Counted from the first letter of the stretch, positions 15,850 through 23,801 are shown. The stretch: DNA of 24,000 bases from Candidatus Geocrenenecus sp. JGI 0000106-J15 (GCA_000405685.1 ASPF01000017.1:4984-28983); one strand, 5' to 3'. Translations and numbers: made by a program. The notes: a model not told the origin generated them from the sequence alone.

Positions 15850-16827
15850 ATGATTACACTTTTCATGGTTTTCATTTCAACCTTAATCCTAGTATTACTG
15901 CTAACTCAATTGTTAATAAAAGCTGGAGGAAGACTAAATCTAACAGGAGTAGATATACATAAGCCTAATAAACCATCTATACCTAAGACAGGTGGACCTG
16001 CACTAGTGATCGGAGTAGTAACAGGTCTTATAATATATCTTCTTGTTGAAGGATTTTCTACTGAGTTAGTTGCATTGATTTATTCTTCCCTTATTGCAGC
16101 TTTAATCGGTTTAGTAGAAGATATTAGAGGAGAGATCAATCCAAAGGTTAAACCATTATTACTAGTCATTGCAGGTATACCTATCCTTGCATTATCTGTT
16201 TATACTCCTCGACCAGTTCTACCTTTCATAGGGGCCACAAGACTAACCAAGATCTATCCCTTCCTTATTCTTGTAAGCTACCCAGTAGTTTGCAATGCTG
16301 TTAATAGCATAGATGTCTTGAACGGATCTATTTCTTTTACATCTATAGCTTTCTTCACTGCCATTCTAGTTGTTTCAGCAATCCATGGCCTCGAATATCC
16401 ATTGATAGTTTCAGCGATCATGTTAGCGGCATTAGCAGGATTCGCTATCTATAACAAGTATCCTTCAAGAGTGTTTGCTGGTAATTCTGGAAGCTTATTT
16501 ATTGGATCAGTAATGGTCTCAACAGCCATTATTGGAAGAGTAGAAGTTGTTGCGATAGTTGCTCTCCTACCACATATAATGAATGAGATGCATGTAATAT
16601 TTTCTATGCGTGGGTTAAGATCTGCAAAACAGTATAATTCTCGACCGATAACAATTGAGAACGGATTAATTTCGGCTAACCCTGATGAGAAAGCACCGAT
16701 AACTCTTGTAAGAATACTTTCCGCTAAGATAAAAACTAGAGAAGATAGCTTGGTAAAATCTATGTTTGTGCTCTCACTCTATTCTATGATGCTGGCAATT
16801 TTAACTAATATACTATTTATGAGGTGA
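15850..16827 (+). CDS. aglH: Glycosyltransferase family 4 polyprenyl-phosphate GlcNAc-1-phosphate transferase (AglH / Alg7 / WecA-MraY superfamily)
   Basis: A polytopic membrane protein with DIHKPNKPSIPKTGGPALVIG, LVEDIRG and NAVNSIDVLNG motifs. These correspond to the D..K....P..GG, DD and NA.N..DG.NG motifs of the family. Confidence 0.8.
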   Translation: MITLFMVFISTLILVLLLTQLLIKAGGRLNLTGVDIHKPNKPSIPKTGGPALVIGVVTGLIIYLLVEGFSTELVALIYSSLIAALIGLVEDIRGEINPKVKPLLLVIAGIPILALSVYTPRPVLPFIGATRLTKIYPFLILVSYPVVCNAVNSIDVLNGSISFTSIAFFTAILVVSAIHGLEYPLIVSAIMLAALAGFAIYNKYPSRVFAGNSGSLFIGSVMVSTAIIGRVEVVAIVALLPHIMNEMHVIFSMRGLRSAKQYNSRPITIENGLISANPDEKAPITLVRILSAKIKTREDSLVKSMFVLSLYSMMLAILTNILFMR

Positions 16828-16834
16828 GTACTGC

Positions 16835-17071
16835 ATGTCTTTACTAAGAAATACCTTGATAGTCCTCATACTCTTAACGATCGCTTGGGCTGGGTTCCTC
16901 TCTATAACATTCATACTTGCATATACATTGTTTCCTGCTATAGAGTATACGGATGGAAGCTTGACACTTGGATTACTGAGAGTCGCCGTAGGGATAATCG
17001 TGATCACCTTATGGATATATGGATGGTATACACTAACAAAGATATGGCTACGTAAAATGTTGTCAGAATAA
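16835..17071 (+). CDS. Small 2-TM membrane protein (78 aa), probably translationally coupled to the AglH-like gene
   Basis: GAGGTGA at 16821-16827 overlaps the AglH-like stop codon and lies 7 nt upstream of ATG 16835. The sequence has two clear hydrophobic helices and a basic C-terminus (TKIWLRKMLSE). Confidence 0.55.
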   Translation: MSLLRNTLIVLILLTIAWAGFLSITFILAYTLFPAIEYTDGSLTLGLLRVAVGIIVITLWIYGWYTLTKIWLRKMLSE

Positions 17072-17136
17072 ACCAAAAATAGTAACTTCTAAACTTATAG
17101 TAGTATAGGTTTGAGATAGGTAGGTGTTAAGAGATA

Positions 17137-18090
17137 TTGAACGTTGGTGTTGTAGGTGTAGGCTTCTGGGGGAGAAATCATGTAAGAGTATTTTCTGAAC
17201 TACCCTATGTAAAAGTTGAAGCAGTCTGTGATATTGACTATACGAGGGCAAGAGATGTAGCTGTGAAATTTAATATTGCAAATTATCATTCAAGCCTAGA
17301 TGAGATGCTCAAGAAGCATAGCTTAGATGCTGTCTCAATATGTACTCCATCTATTAGTCATGCAGAATTAACTATAAAATGTCTTGAAGCAGGAGTAAAC
17401 GTCTTCGTTGAGAAGCCTCTTGCTTCAACTCTAGATGAATGTATGAAGATTATAGATACTGCGAGATCTTGTAATAAAGTTGTTATGACAGGATATATTG
17501 AGAGGTTTAATCCAAGTGTAAGAAAGGCGAAAGAGCTTTTAAAAAATGGAGAGATTGGAGATATAATCATGTCTCATAGTAGAAGGATAGGGTGGTGGCC
17601 AGAGAGGATAGGTGATGTAGGAGTAGTAAAGGATACAGCTATACATGATATAGACCTAGCGAGACATATATTCGGAGATGAACCTTCACAAGTATATGCG
17701 AGGGGTGGGAGACAGAAACACACTATAGCGGAAGACCATGTGCAGGCAATACTATCATTTAAAGATGATGATAAAACAGCATTTATTGAAGCAAACTGGC
17801 TAACTCCTAGAAAGAAGAGAGAGATGTATATTACAGGCTCGAACGGTGTAATAACTATACAGTTTCTAACACAGCAACTAGTAATAGAGAAAGCAGACAA
17901 GGTTTTAGAACCCTTGCTAAAATATGAAGAACCTTTAAAGAATGAGCTAGCATATTTTGCTGAGTGCCTCTTAAATAAACATAAACCGATGCCAGATGAA
18001 GTAGACGGTGCTAAAGCAATAGCAATTGCAGAAGCAATAATTAAATCAATTCAGACAAACAGATCCGTAGAGATAGAAGAAATAAGATAG
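17137..18090 (+). CDS. Gfo/Idh/MocA-family NAD(P)-dependent oxidoreductase (sugar or nucleotide-sugar dehydrogenase type)
   Basis: TTG start with GGTG 10 nt upstream. Rossmann motif VGVVGVGFWGRNH and the EKP motif (VFVEKPLAS) are present. The C-terminal dimerisation domain is typical of the family. Confidence 0.9.
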   Translation: MNVGVVGVGFWGRNHVRVFSELPYVKVEAVCDIDYTRARDVAVKFNIANYHSSLDEMLKKHSLDAVSICTPSISHAELTIKCLEAGVNVFVEKPLASTLDECMKIIDTARSCNKVVMTGYIERFNPSVRKAKELLKNGEIGDIIMSHSRRIGWWPERIGDVGVVKDTAIHDIDLARHIFGDEPSQVYARGGRQKHTIAEDHVQAILSFKDDDKTAFIEANWLTPRKKREMYITGSNGVITIQFLTQQLVIEKADKVLEPLLKYEEPLKNELAYFAECLLNKHKPMPDEVDGAKAIAIAEAIIKSIQTNRSVEIEEIR

Positions 18091-18192
18091 ACTACAATTA
18101 TTGTAAAGATTGATTATTGTAACTTCACCATTATTTTAGATGGATAATCTATAAATCTAGGAATAATGAATTCATCTAAATGATCAACAAAA

Positions 18193-19110
18193 ATGTCTAG
18201 CTGGAAGGCATGGATTAGGATCATAAGAGCTAAGTTTTTCTTAGCAGGTATACCCTCTATTATACTTGGAGTAGCTCTCGCAGTCTACTGGACTGGATAC
18301 TTTAATCTCTTAAACTTCATGTTGTCTCTAGTCGGAGTCATTCTAGCAATGATTGGAACATATACGTTTAATGAATACTATGATTTTAAGACGGGGGTAG
18401 ACGTTATTACTCCAATTGAAAATGTAACACCATTTAATGCTGGGAGTAGGATAATTCCAGCTGGGATTCTTGAACCTGAGCCTGTGCTCAAGCTAGGCAT
18501 TATAGCATGGATACTATACTCCTTAATCGCTGTATACTTTACTCTCACTATAGGCTGGATAATCATTCCACTATCTCTTATAGGATTCATATCTGGAGCA
18601 TTCTATACTATGCCACCTTTCAAGTGGGCTTATAGAGGGATGGGAGAATTTCTGATAGGCTTAAACTATGGCCTATTAATTACCTTTGGAAGTTATTACG
18701 TTCAAGCTACGAGTCTTCCAGTCGAGTTTATTATTCTACCTTCACTTATACCAAGCTTACTAATAACAGCTGTAATCTGGATAAATGAGTTTCCAGACTA
18801 CCCTGCAGATAAAACAGTAGGAAAGATTAATCTCGTAGTTAGATTAGGATTAGAAAGAGCAAGAGCAATCTATTATTTCTTAGCATTAAGCATCTACATA
18901 GTTTTATTGGTAGGAGTCTTTCTACAGGTAATTCCTCAAACAGGATTAATAGTACTTTTAACATTACCTATAACGTATAATAACATTACTTTGCTTAAGA
19001 AGTACTATAATATTCCAAGGAAGCTTATTCCTGCTATGCGTGGAACAATCTTATTATTCGTTACTTCAACTCTTCTCTTAGCTTTAGGATATGTTCTAGC
19101 CTTATGGTGA
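18193..19110 (+). CDS. UbiA-superfamily aromatic prenyltransferase, MenA-like (1,4-dihydroxy-2-naphthoate polyprenyltransferase family)
   Basis: The first Asp-rich motif is NEYYDFKTGVD (MenA type, N-D/E-Y-x-D-x-x-x-G-x-D). The second is NEFPDYPADKTVGKINLVVRLG. The YTMPPFKWAYRGMGE segment and about 8-9 TM helices are also present. Confidence 0.85.
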   Translation: MSSWKAWIRIIRAKFFLAGIPSIILGVALAVYWTGYFNLLNFMLSLVGVILAMIGTYTFNEYYDFKTGVDVITPIENVTPFNAGSRIIPAGILEPEPVLKLGIIAWILYSLIAVYFTLTIGWIIIPLSLIGFISGAFYTMPPFKWAYRGMGEFLIGLNYGLLITFGSYYVQATSLPVEFIILPSLIPSLLITAVIWINEFPDYPADKTVGKINLVVRLGLERARAIYYFLALSIYIVLLVGVFLQVIPQTGLIVLLTLPITYNNITLLKKYYNIPRKLIPAMRGTILLFVTSTLLLALGYVLALW

Positions 19111-19116
19111 ATTATC

Positions 19117-20334
19117 ATGGGAAATTCTAGAAGAGTTTTTCCACTCTATATTCCTCCTACATTCTTAGTTAAACAAGCAGCTTCTCTGATGACGTTTAAA
19201 TATGCAACTAAGTGGAATGGGCTTAGTAGATGGATAAAGAACATGCCTAATCTTCTCCAGATCTCTGCTGGAGCTATAGGTATTGGATGCTTCGGTTATC
19301 CTATACATCCAGTATTTGAGGTTACATCTAACTGTAATCTAAGATGCCTCCATTGTCATGCTAGAGGGGGAGAATTCAGGTTAGATGAACTGAGTACAAG
19401 AGATGCAAAAGAAATTATTGAAAACCTTGCAGATGTACGTGAATTTCGTACACTCGTCTTTACTGGAGGTGAGCCTCTAGTTAGGAGAGACATTTTCGAA
19501 TTAATGAAGTATGCTTCCGACATAGGATTCTATACGGTTTTAGCTACAAATGCAACTTTGATAACAAGGGAAGTAGCTAGAAAACTTAAAGAAGTTAAGA
19601 TTGGAGGTATAGCTGCAAGTATAGATTTTGTTGATCCAGTCATGCATGATGAATATCGTGGAGCATCAGGTACATTTGAAAACACATTGAAAGGGATATC
19701 AAATGCCCTGAGAGAAGGATTGTACATACAAGTTAATATAACTATTTCTAAGCGTAACTTTAAACAACTTAGAGAATTAACCATACTGGCAGATAAGATA
19801 GGGGCCCATGTTATACTTCTCTATCAGTTAATTCCCTCTGGGAGGGGAGAGAATCTACTCAGCGAAACTCTCAACTCCGAGCAATTCAAGATACTGATGG
19901 AAGAGTTACATAATATTCAGAGTATGATTAATCCAGTCACTATACCTGTTGGTCTCCCAGAATACTTTGCATATCTTACAAAATCAATGGATCTAAACCC
20001 TAAGATCGCATCTCACGTTTTTAAGGGATGTATAGCTGGAAGAGGAATGTACTACATAAAACCTAACAGTGATGTCTGGCCATGCCCATTCCTACCTATA
20101 TCTGCTGGAAACCTAAAAGAAAAATCAGCTAAAGAAATATGGAGAAGCCCAGTCTTCAATATGTTTAGAGATAGAAGTAGATTGAAAGGTCATTGTAGTA
20201 GATGCATCTATAGAGATGTATGTGGAGGATGCCGTGCAAGAGCATACGCTTATACGAATGATCCACTGCAGTCAGACCCATGCTGTCCTCTCTACAGAGT
20301 AGAGCCGCCTATAACTCGTATTGAAAAACTCTAG
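19117..20334 (+). CDS. Radical SAM enzyme with a SPASM/twitch-type Cys-rich C-terminal domain; substrate unknown
   Basis: Carries CNLRCLHCH (Cx3Cx2C), GGEPL, and the C-terminal CSRCIYRDVCGGCRARAY...DPCCP. GGTGA lies 6 nt upstream of the ATG, 6 nt after the prenyltransferase stop. Confidence 0.9.
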   Translation: MGNSRRVFPLYIPPTFLVKQAASLMTFKYATKWNGLSRWIKNMPNLLQISAGAIGIGCFGYPIHPVFEVTSNCNLRCLHCHARGGEFRLDELSTRDAKEIIENLADVREFRTLVFTGGEPLVRRDIFELMKYASDIGFYTVLATNATLITREVARKLKEVKIGGIAASIDFVDPVMHDEYRGASGTFENTLKGISNALREGLYIQVNITISKRNFKQLRELTILADKIGAHVILLYQLIPSGRGENLLSETLNSEQFKILMEELHNIQSMINPVTIPVGLPEYFAYLTKSMDLNPKIASHVFKGCIAGRGMYYIKPNSDVWPCPFLPISAGNLKEKSAKEIWRSPVFNMFRDRSRLKGHCSRCIYRDVCGGCRARAYAYTNDPLQSDPCCPLYRVEPPITRIEKL

Positions 20335-20415
20335 AGAAGTTATAAAGAATTGTTAAGCTAAAGTTTAATGTAAAGGTTATTTCCTAGATTTTACGCATAG
20401 ATAGAGTAGGTTAAG

Positions 20416-21441
20416 ATGAAAGAGCTTAGAACAATCTGGTGGGAGAAGAATCACGTAGTAATTATTGACCAACGTCTCCTACCACATAAACTAAAGTATC
20501 TAAAGATTAAAAGCTATAGAGAGATGGCTAGAGCGATTAAAGAGATGGCTATTAGAGGTGCTCCAGCTATAGGTGTTGCAGCAGCAATGGGTTTAGCTCT
20601 AGCTGTAGTAAATGTTAAAACAAACAACCATGAAGTATTAATGAAGAGACTGGAAAAAGCTGCTGAAACCATACGGTCTACTAGACCTACAGCTGTAAAC
20701 CTCTTCTGGGCAATAGATAAGATACTAAATATCGCTAGAGAAGCTCAATCTAGAGAGAATCTAAAAGAGAAGATAATAAATGAAGCCTTAAGGATAGCAG
20801 AAGAAGATATTGAAGTAAATAAGAAGATTGGAGAGAACGGTTCAAGGCTGATTAATGATGGAGATAAGATACTTACTCATTGTAATGCAGGTGCTCTAGC
20901 CACTGTTGGATACGGGACGGCTTTAGGAGTAATCCGGGCAGCGTATAATCAAGGAAAGAAGACCCTAGTATATGCTTCAGAGACTAGACCTAGACTTCAA
21001 GGAGCAAGATTAACAACTTGGGAGCTTATTAGAGAAGGTATACCTGTTAAGCTTATCACAGATAACATGGCTTCATTCTTAATGCAGAGAAGAGAGATAA
21101 ATAAGGTTGTAGTTGGAGCAGATAGAATACTTGCAAAGACTGGACACGTAATAAATAAGATAGGAACCTTAACACATGCTATCTCTGCAAAATATTATAA
21201 TATTCCATTCATTGTTGCTGCACCCTTCTCAAGTATCGACTTCAAGCATAACGTTGATGAAGTAATAATAGAAGAAAGAGAAGTTAGAGAAGTCTTGTAT
21301 ATAGATAATGCTAGGATTGCTCCAAAAGGAGTTGAAGTCTGTAATCCAGCCTTCGATATTACTCCACCTGAGCTGGTATCCTATATTGTTACTGAGAAGG
21401 GAGTCTACAAACCCGAAGAATTAAAAGAACTAACTAATTAG
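20416..21441 (+). CDS. mtnA: S-methyl-5-thioribose-1-phosphate isomerase (MtnA / aIF-2B-I family)
   Basis: The N-terminus ...IWWEKNHVVIIDQRLLPHKLKYLKI...AIKEMAIRGAPAIGVAAAMGLAL and the later THCNAGALATVGYGTALGV and GADRI motifs are characteristic of MtnA. Confidence 0.9.
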   Translation: MKELRTIWWEKNHVVIIDQRLLPHKLKYLKIKSYREMARAIKEMAIRGAPAIGVAAAMGLALAVVNVKTNNHEVLMKRLEKAAETIRSTRPTAVNLFWAIDKILNIAREAQSRENLKEKIINEALRIAEEDIEVNKKIGENGSRLINDGDKILTHCNAGALATVGYGTALGVIRAAYNQGKKTLVYASETRPRLQGARLTTWELIREGIPVKLITDNMASFLMQRREINKVVVGADRILAKTGHVINKIGTLTHAISAKYYNIPFIVAAPFSSIDFKHNVDEVIIEEREVREVLYIDNARIAPKGVEVCNPAFDITPPELVSYIVTEKGVYKPEELKELTN

Positions 21442-22035
21442 ATCTAGGAGATATAGTGCTATGATTACGATCACCGCTATACCTGTAGTCTTTAAACCTG
21501 ATAGAAGTAGGCTGCGACCTGAGATCTTTCCAAGAAATATTCCTATTATGAAAAGTGTCGTGAAAAGTATAATCATAGAGTATGTAAAAGCATAGCTACT
21601 TTCCATGAGATTTGATGCTGCAGCGAGGTATGGTGATAGTACAAGTAGTCCTGCAAGGCTTGATGCGAGAGAATTTATTAATGCAGACATTATCGCAACT
21701 CTTCTATGAGCTTTTATAATCTCTGTTCCTTCAATCTTCATCAATAATGCTTCTTCAATCTCTTTTATTCTCCTCTCCTGTTCAGCTGATTCTGCAATAT
21801 ATGCTGAGCCTACCCCAGATATGGACATTGCAAGAATCGCTCCTAATCCTCCACTAACTATTTGAAAGACTTGTCTACTTCCAAGTAGATGTATCCCAAG
21901 TATTATCCCCCATACAGTTAATGCACCTTCAAAAGCATTTATCACAAAATATCTTCTAGAGTATTCGGCTGATTTAGAGTATCTGAAGATCTTTGTTAAA
22001 GTATTCATTAGCTTAGATGAGATTTTCTTAAACAT
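21430..22035 (-). CDS. VIT1/CCC1-like membrane protein (archaeal TIGR00267/COG1814 type, predicted Fe/Mn transporter family)
   Basis: RYFVINAFEGALTVWGIILG...AMSISGVGSAYIAESAEQE resembles the VIT-family core (v.G.nDG..t..g.v.G ... SM..G.Y.S). A cytoplasmic helical insert and C-terminal TM helices are present. The gene starts 5 nt after the DUF211 gene. Confidence 0.7.
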   Translation of the reverse strand: MFKKISSKLMNTLTKIFRYSKSAEYSRRYFVINAFEGALTVWGIILGIHLLGSRQVFQIVSGGLGAILAMSISGVGSAYIAESAEQERRIKEIEEALLMKIEGTEIIKAHRRVAIMSALINSLASSLAGLLVLSPYLAAASNLMESSYAFTYSMIILFTTLFIIGIFLGKISGRSLLLSGLKTTGIAVIVIIALYLLDLIS

Positions 22036-22040
22036 TTTTC

Positions 22041-22331
22041 TTATCTCTTCCTAGCTTTCTGGACTACTACACCGTCAATGCTGTGGATAGCTGCTCCAAG
22101 CTTCTTTATAGTCTTCTCAAGCTCTTCATAACTTATATTTTCACCTTCTATTACAAGCCTTATACTATCTGTCTCAGCATCTACTTCAATTAGTTCAGCT
22201 TCTATTCTTGATACTCCCTCTACCCGGGATAGCTCACTACTAAACTCAACTAGGGATGGGACATGAGTCTTCAAGACATCTAAAACTATCTTGGTTAACC
22301 TAGGTCGAGAACTATCTAGCTCCTCAGTCAA
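22041..22331 (-). CDS. DUF211-family small protein (archaeal COG1888)
   Basis: RLTKIVLDVLKTHVPSLVEF...VEGVSRIEAELIEVDAETDSIRLVIEGENISYEELEKTIKKLGAAIHSIDGVVV matches my recollection of the DUF211 consensus (lVLDVlKPh.P...l...gV..v...v.E.D..te.....ieG..i....i...ie..Ga.IHSiDeV). The start is TTG, the first possible start after an in-frame TAA. Confidence 0.75.
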   Translation of the reverse strand: MTEELDSSRPRLTKIVLDVLKTHVPSLVEFSSELSRVEGVSRIEAELIEVDAETDSIRLVIEGENISYEELEKTIKKLGAAIHSIDGVVVQKARKR

Positions 22332-22424
22332 TCCACTATCACATCTCTTAGATTTTCCTTAAAAAGTTTATTCTTATTACCTTATAAGTGAAGAGGAGGC
22401 ATCTATCAAGTGAATCCATACTAT

Positions 22425-23258
22425 TCAGGGAAGCTTCTTTCTGTAGGTGAGGAAGATTATCGGAAGCATTGTAGCTAGGTATAGTATGTGGATTATTAAT
22501 CTGAGCCATTCAGCTTCTACAGTATATCCGAACATGACCGCTAGAATAGAGCCTATAATATTTTTATGATGTAATAGGTTTTCTTTAGGTATGTCTAGCG
22601 TGTATGCTGGTTCAGTTAACCATCCAAGAGAGATATTCTTTACCTCTAGATACTCTATAACTTCATGTACTCCATAGCCTGCTAACCCGCCTGCAATAAG
22701 GATTAAGAGCATACTTGTATAATAGAAGAATGTTCTCAGATTGATCTTTATTCCAATTATGAAGATTATATAGGAGAATAGAAGAGAAGAAGCTAGCGCA
22801 AGGATTGCTCCAACCAGGGTTGTAGAGATGTCGGTTAAGACGAAAGGTGTTAAGAATAATACTGTTTCAAGACTTTCCCTAAAGACAATTATATAAGAGA
22901 AAGAGATTAATCCAATAATTGACCTACTTGAAGAAACTTCTTCGATCTTTCTTTCTACTTCTTCTCTTATATATCTTCCCTTCAAGGCTATCCAGCGTAC
23001 AACATATGATAGCACTACAACAGCGGTAAAAGCTGCAATAGCTTCAAATAAGAGTTGGGAGTCTTTATCCAGCATACCATAGGTAGAGAAGATTAAGATA
23101 CCAATTAATATGCTTGTTACAATTGCTGAGTATACTCCGATCCATACATATCTTGATAACATCGCCCTGTAAGTTCTAGATAAATAAGACAAAATTATTA
23201 CAACTATGAGGGATGCTTCAAGGGCTTCTCTGAAGACTATTACGTATTGTCCTAGCAT
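22425..23258 (-). CDS. FTR1/EfeU-family high-affinity iron permease
   Basis: Two REXXE motifs sit in TM helices (VFREALEASL and VFRESLETVL). I place the start at Met57 of the track ORF (ATG at 23258). The upstream 56 codons are not FTR1-like, and a TATA-like ATTTATAAC lies 23-31 nt upstream of this ATG. Confidence 0.85.
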   Translation of the reverse strand: MLGQYVIVFREALEASLIVVIILSYLSRTYRAMLSRYVWIGVYSAIVTSILIGILIFSTYGMLDKDSQLLFEAIAAFTAVVVLSYVVRWIALKGRYIREEVERKIEEVSSSRSIIGLISFSYIIVFRESLETVLFLTPFVLTDISTTLVGAILALASSLLFSYIIFIIGIKINLRTFFYYTSMLLILIAGGLAGYGVHEVIEYLEVKNISLGWLTEPAYTLDIPKENLLHHKNIIGSILAVMFGYTVEAEWLRLIIHILYLATMLPIIFLTYRKKLP

Positions 23259-23273
23259 TTTGGAGATATAACC

Positions 23274-23288
23274 TATAACGATGTTATA
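23274..23288. promoter_or_regulatory. 6-3-6 palindrome TATAAC-gat-GTTATA overlapping the putative FTR1 TATA box; candidate operator
   Basis: Read directly from the sequence. It lies 16-30 nt upstream of the proposed FTR1 start, in the 117-bp divergent region shared with the 23376 gene. Confidence 0.3.
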
Positions 23289-23375
23289 AATATTATGATT
23301 ACAAACAATTACAAAAAGAACACACCGCAAATATATAGGCATCATAACATTAACCACATGAGAGAGGATTATAAC

Positions 23376-23801
23376 ATGGTTAGGAAAACTATCAAAACAA
23401 AAACTAGAAAGAAGAAAAATATTCATAAGACAACAATTGCCGTAGGACTACTACTATTTTTATTTACTATCATCTTCTTACTCACACTTAACGTACCATC
23501 GCCAACTGTTAGTCAACATGCTAGCTCAACAACCTACAGTATCAAAACAGATAGATTCTATGGAAGTATAATAAATAAAGTATACTATAGCGGGTTAGGA
23601 GCCGTTATAGCTGATAGAGATTGTAGAACTGGAAGTGATGGTCTCACTACTTGTATAGGAGTGATAAAAGCAGATAGTGGCGATATAGTCGAATTCAAGT
23701 ACACTCATGATATGTCTATTCAACCATGCCTTATCCCAGGTGATAGAGTTCAGATAACTTCAGAACAAAATGGTAAAGCAACAGTAATAAGACTAAGTTA
23801 G
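23376..23801 (+). CDS. Small N-terminally anchored extracytoplasmic protein with three Cys; function unknown
   Basis: The basic N-terminus MVRKTIKTKTRKKKNIHK is followed by the TM TTIAVGLLLFLFTIIFLLTL and a domain of about 95 aa (…DRDCRTGSDGLTTCIGV…KYTHDMSIQPCLIPGD…). GAGG lies 8 nt upstream. ATG 23358 is an alternative, possibly leaderless, start (TATA-like AATATATA at 23330-23337). The track start at 23295 would overlap the FTR1 promoter. Confidence 0.6.
   Translation: MVRKTIKTKTRKKKNIHKTTIAVGLLLFLFTIIFLLTLNVPSPTVSQHASSTTYSIKTDRFYGSIINKVYYSGLGAVIADRDCRTGSDGLTTCIGVIKADSGDIVEFKYTHDMSIQPCLIPGDRVQITSEQNGKATVIRLS

Noticed and set aside
16813-17076. 87-aa minus-strand ORF overlapping the 78-aa plus-strand mini-ORF
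   Set aside because: The plus-strand reading has an SD motif at ideal spacing, continues the operon and encodes two clean TM helices. The minus-strand product has no such features.
23259-23426. 56-codon N-terminal extension of the FTR1 ORF, and the 27-codon extension (23295..23375) of the divergent small ORF
   Set aside because: The two extensions overlap each other on opposite strands and have odd composition (Asn/Ile/His-rich). They would leave no promoter region. The internal Met codons are preceded by TATA-like or SD-like elements, and FTR1 proteins normally begin just before the first REXXE helix.
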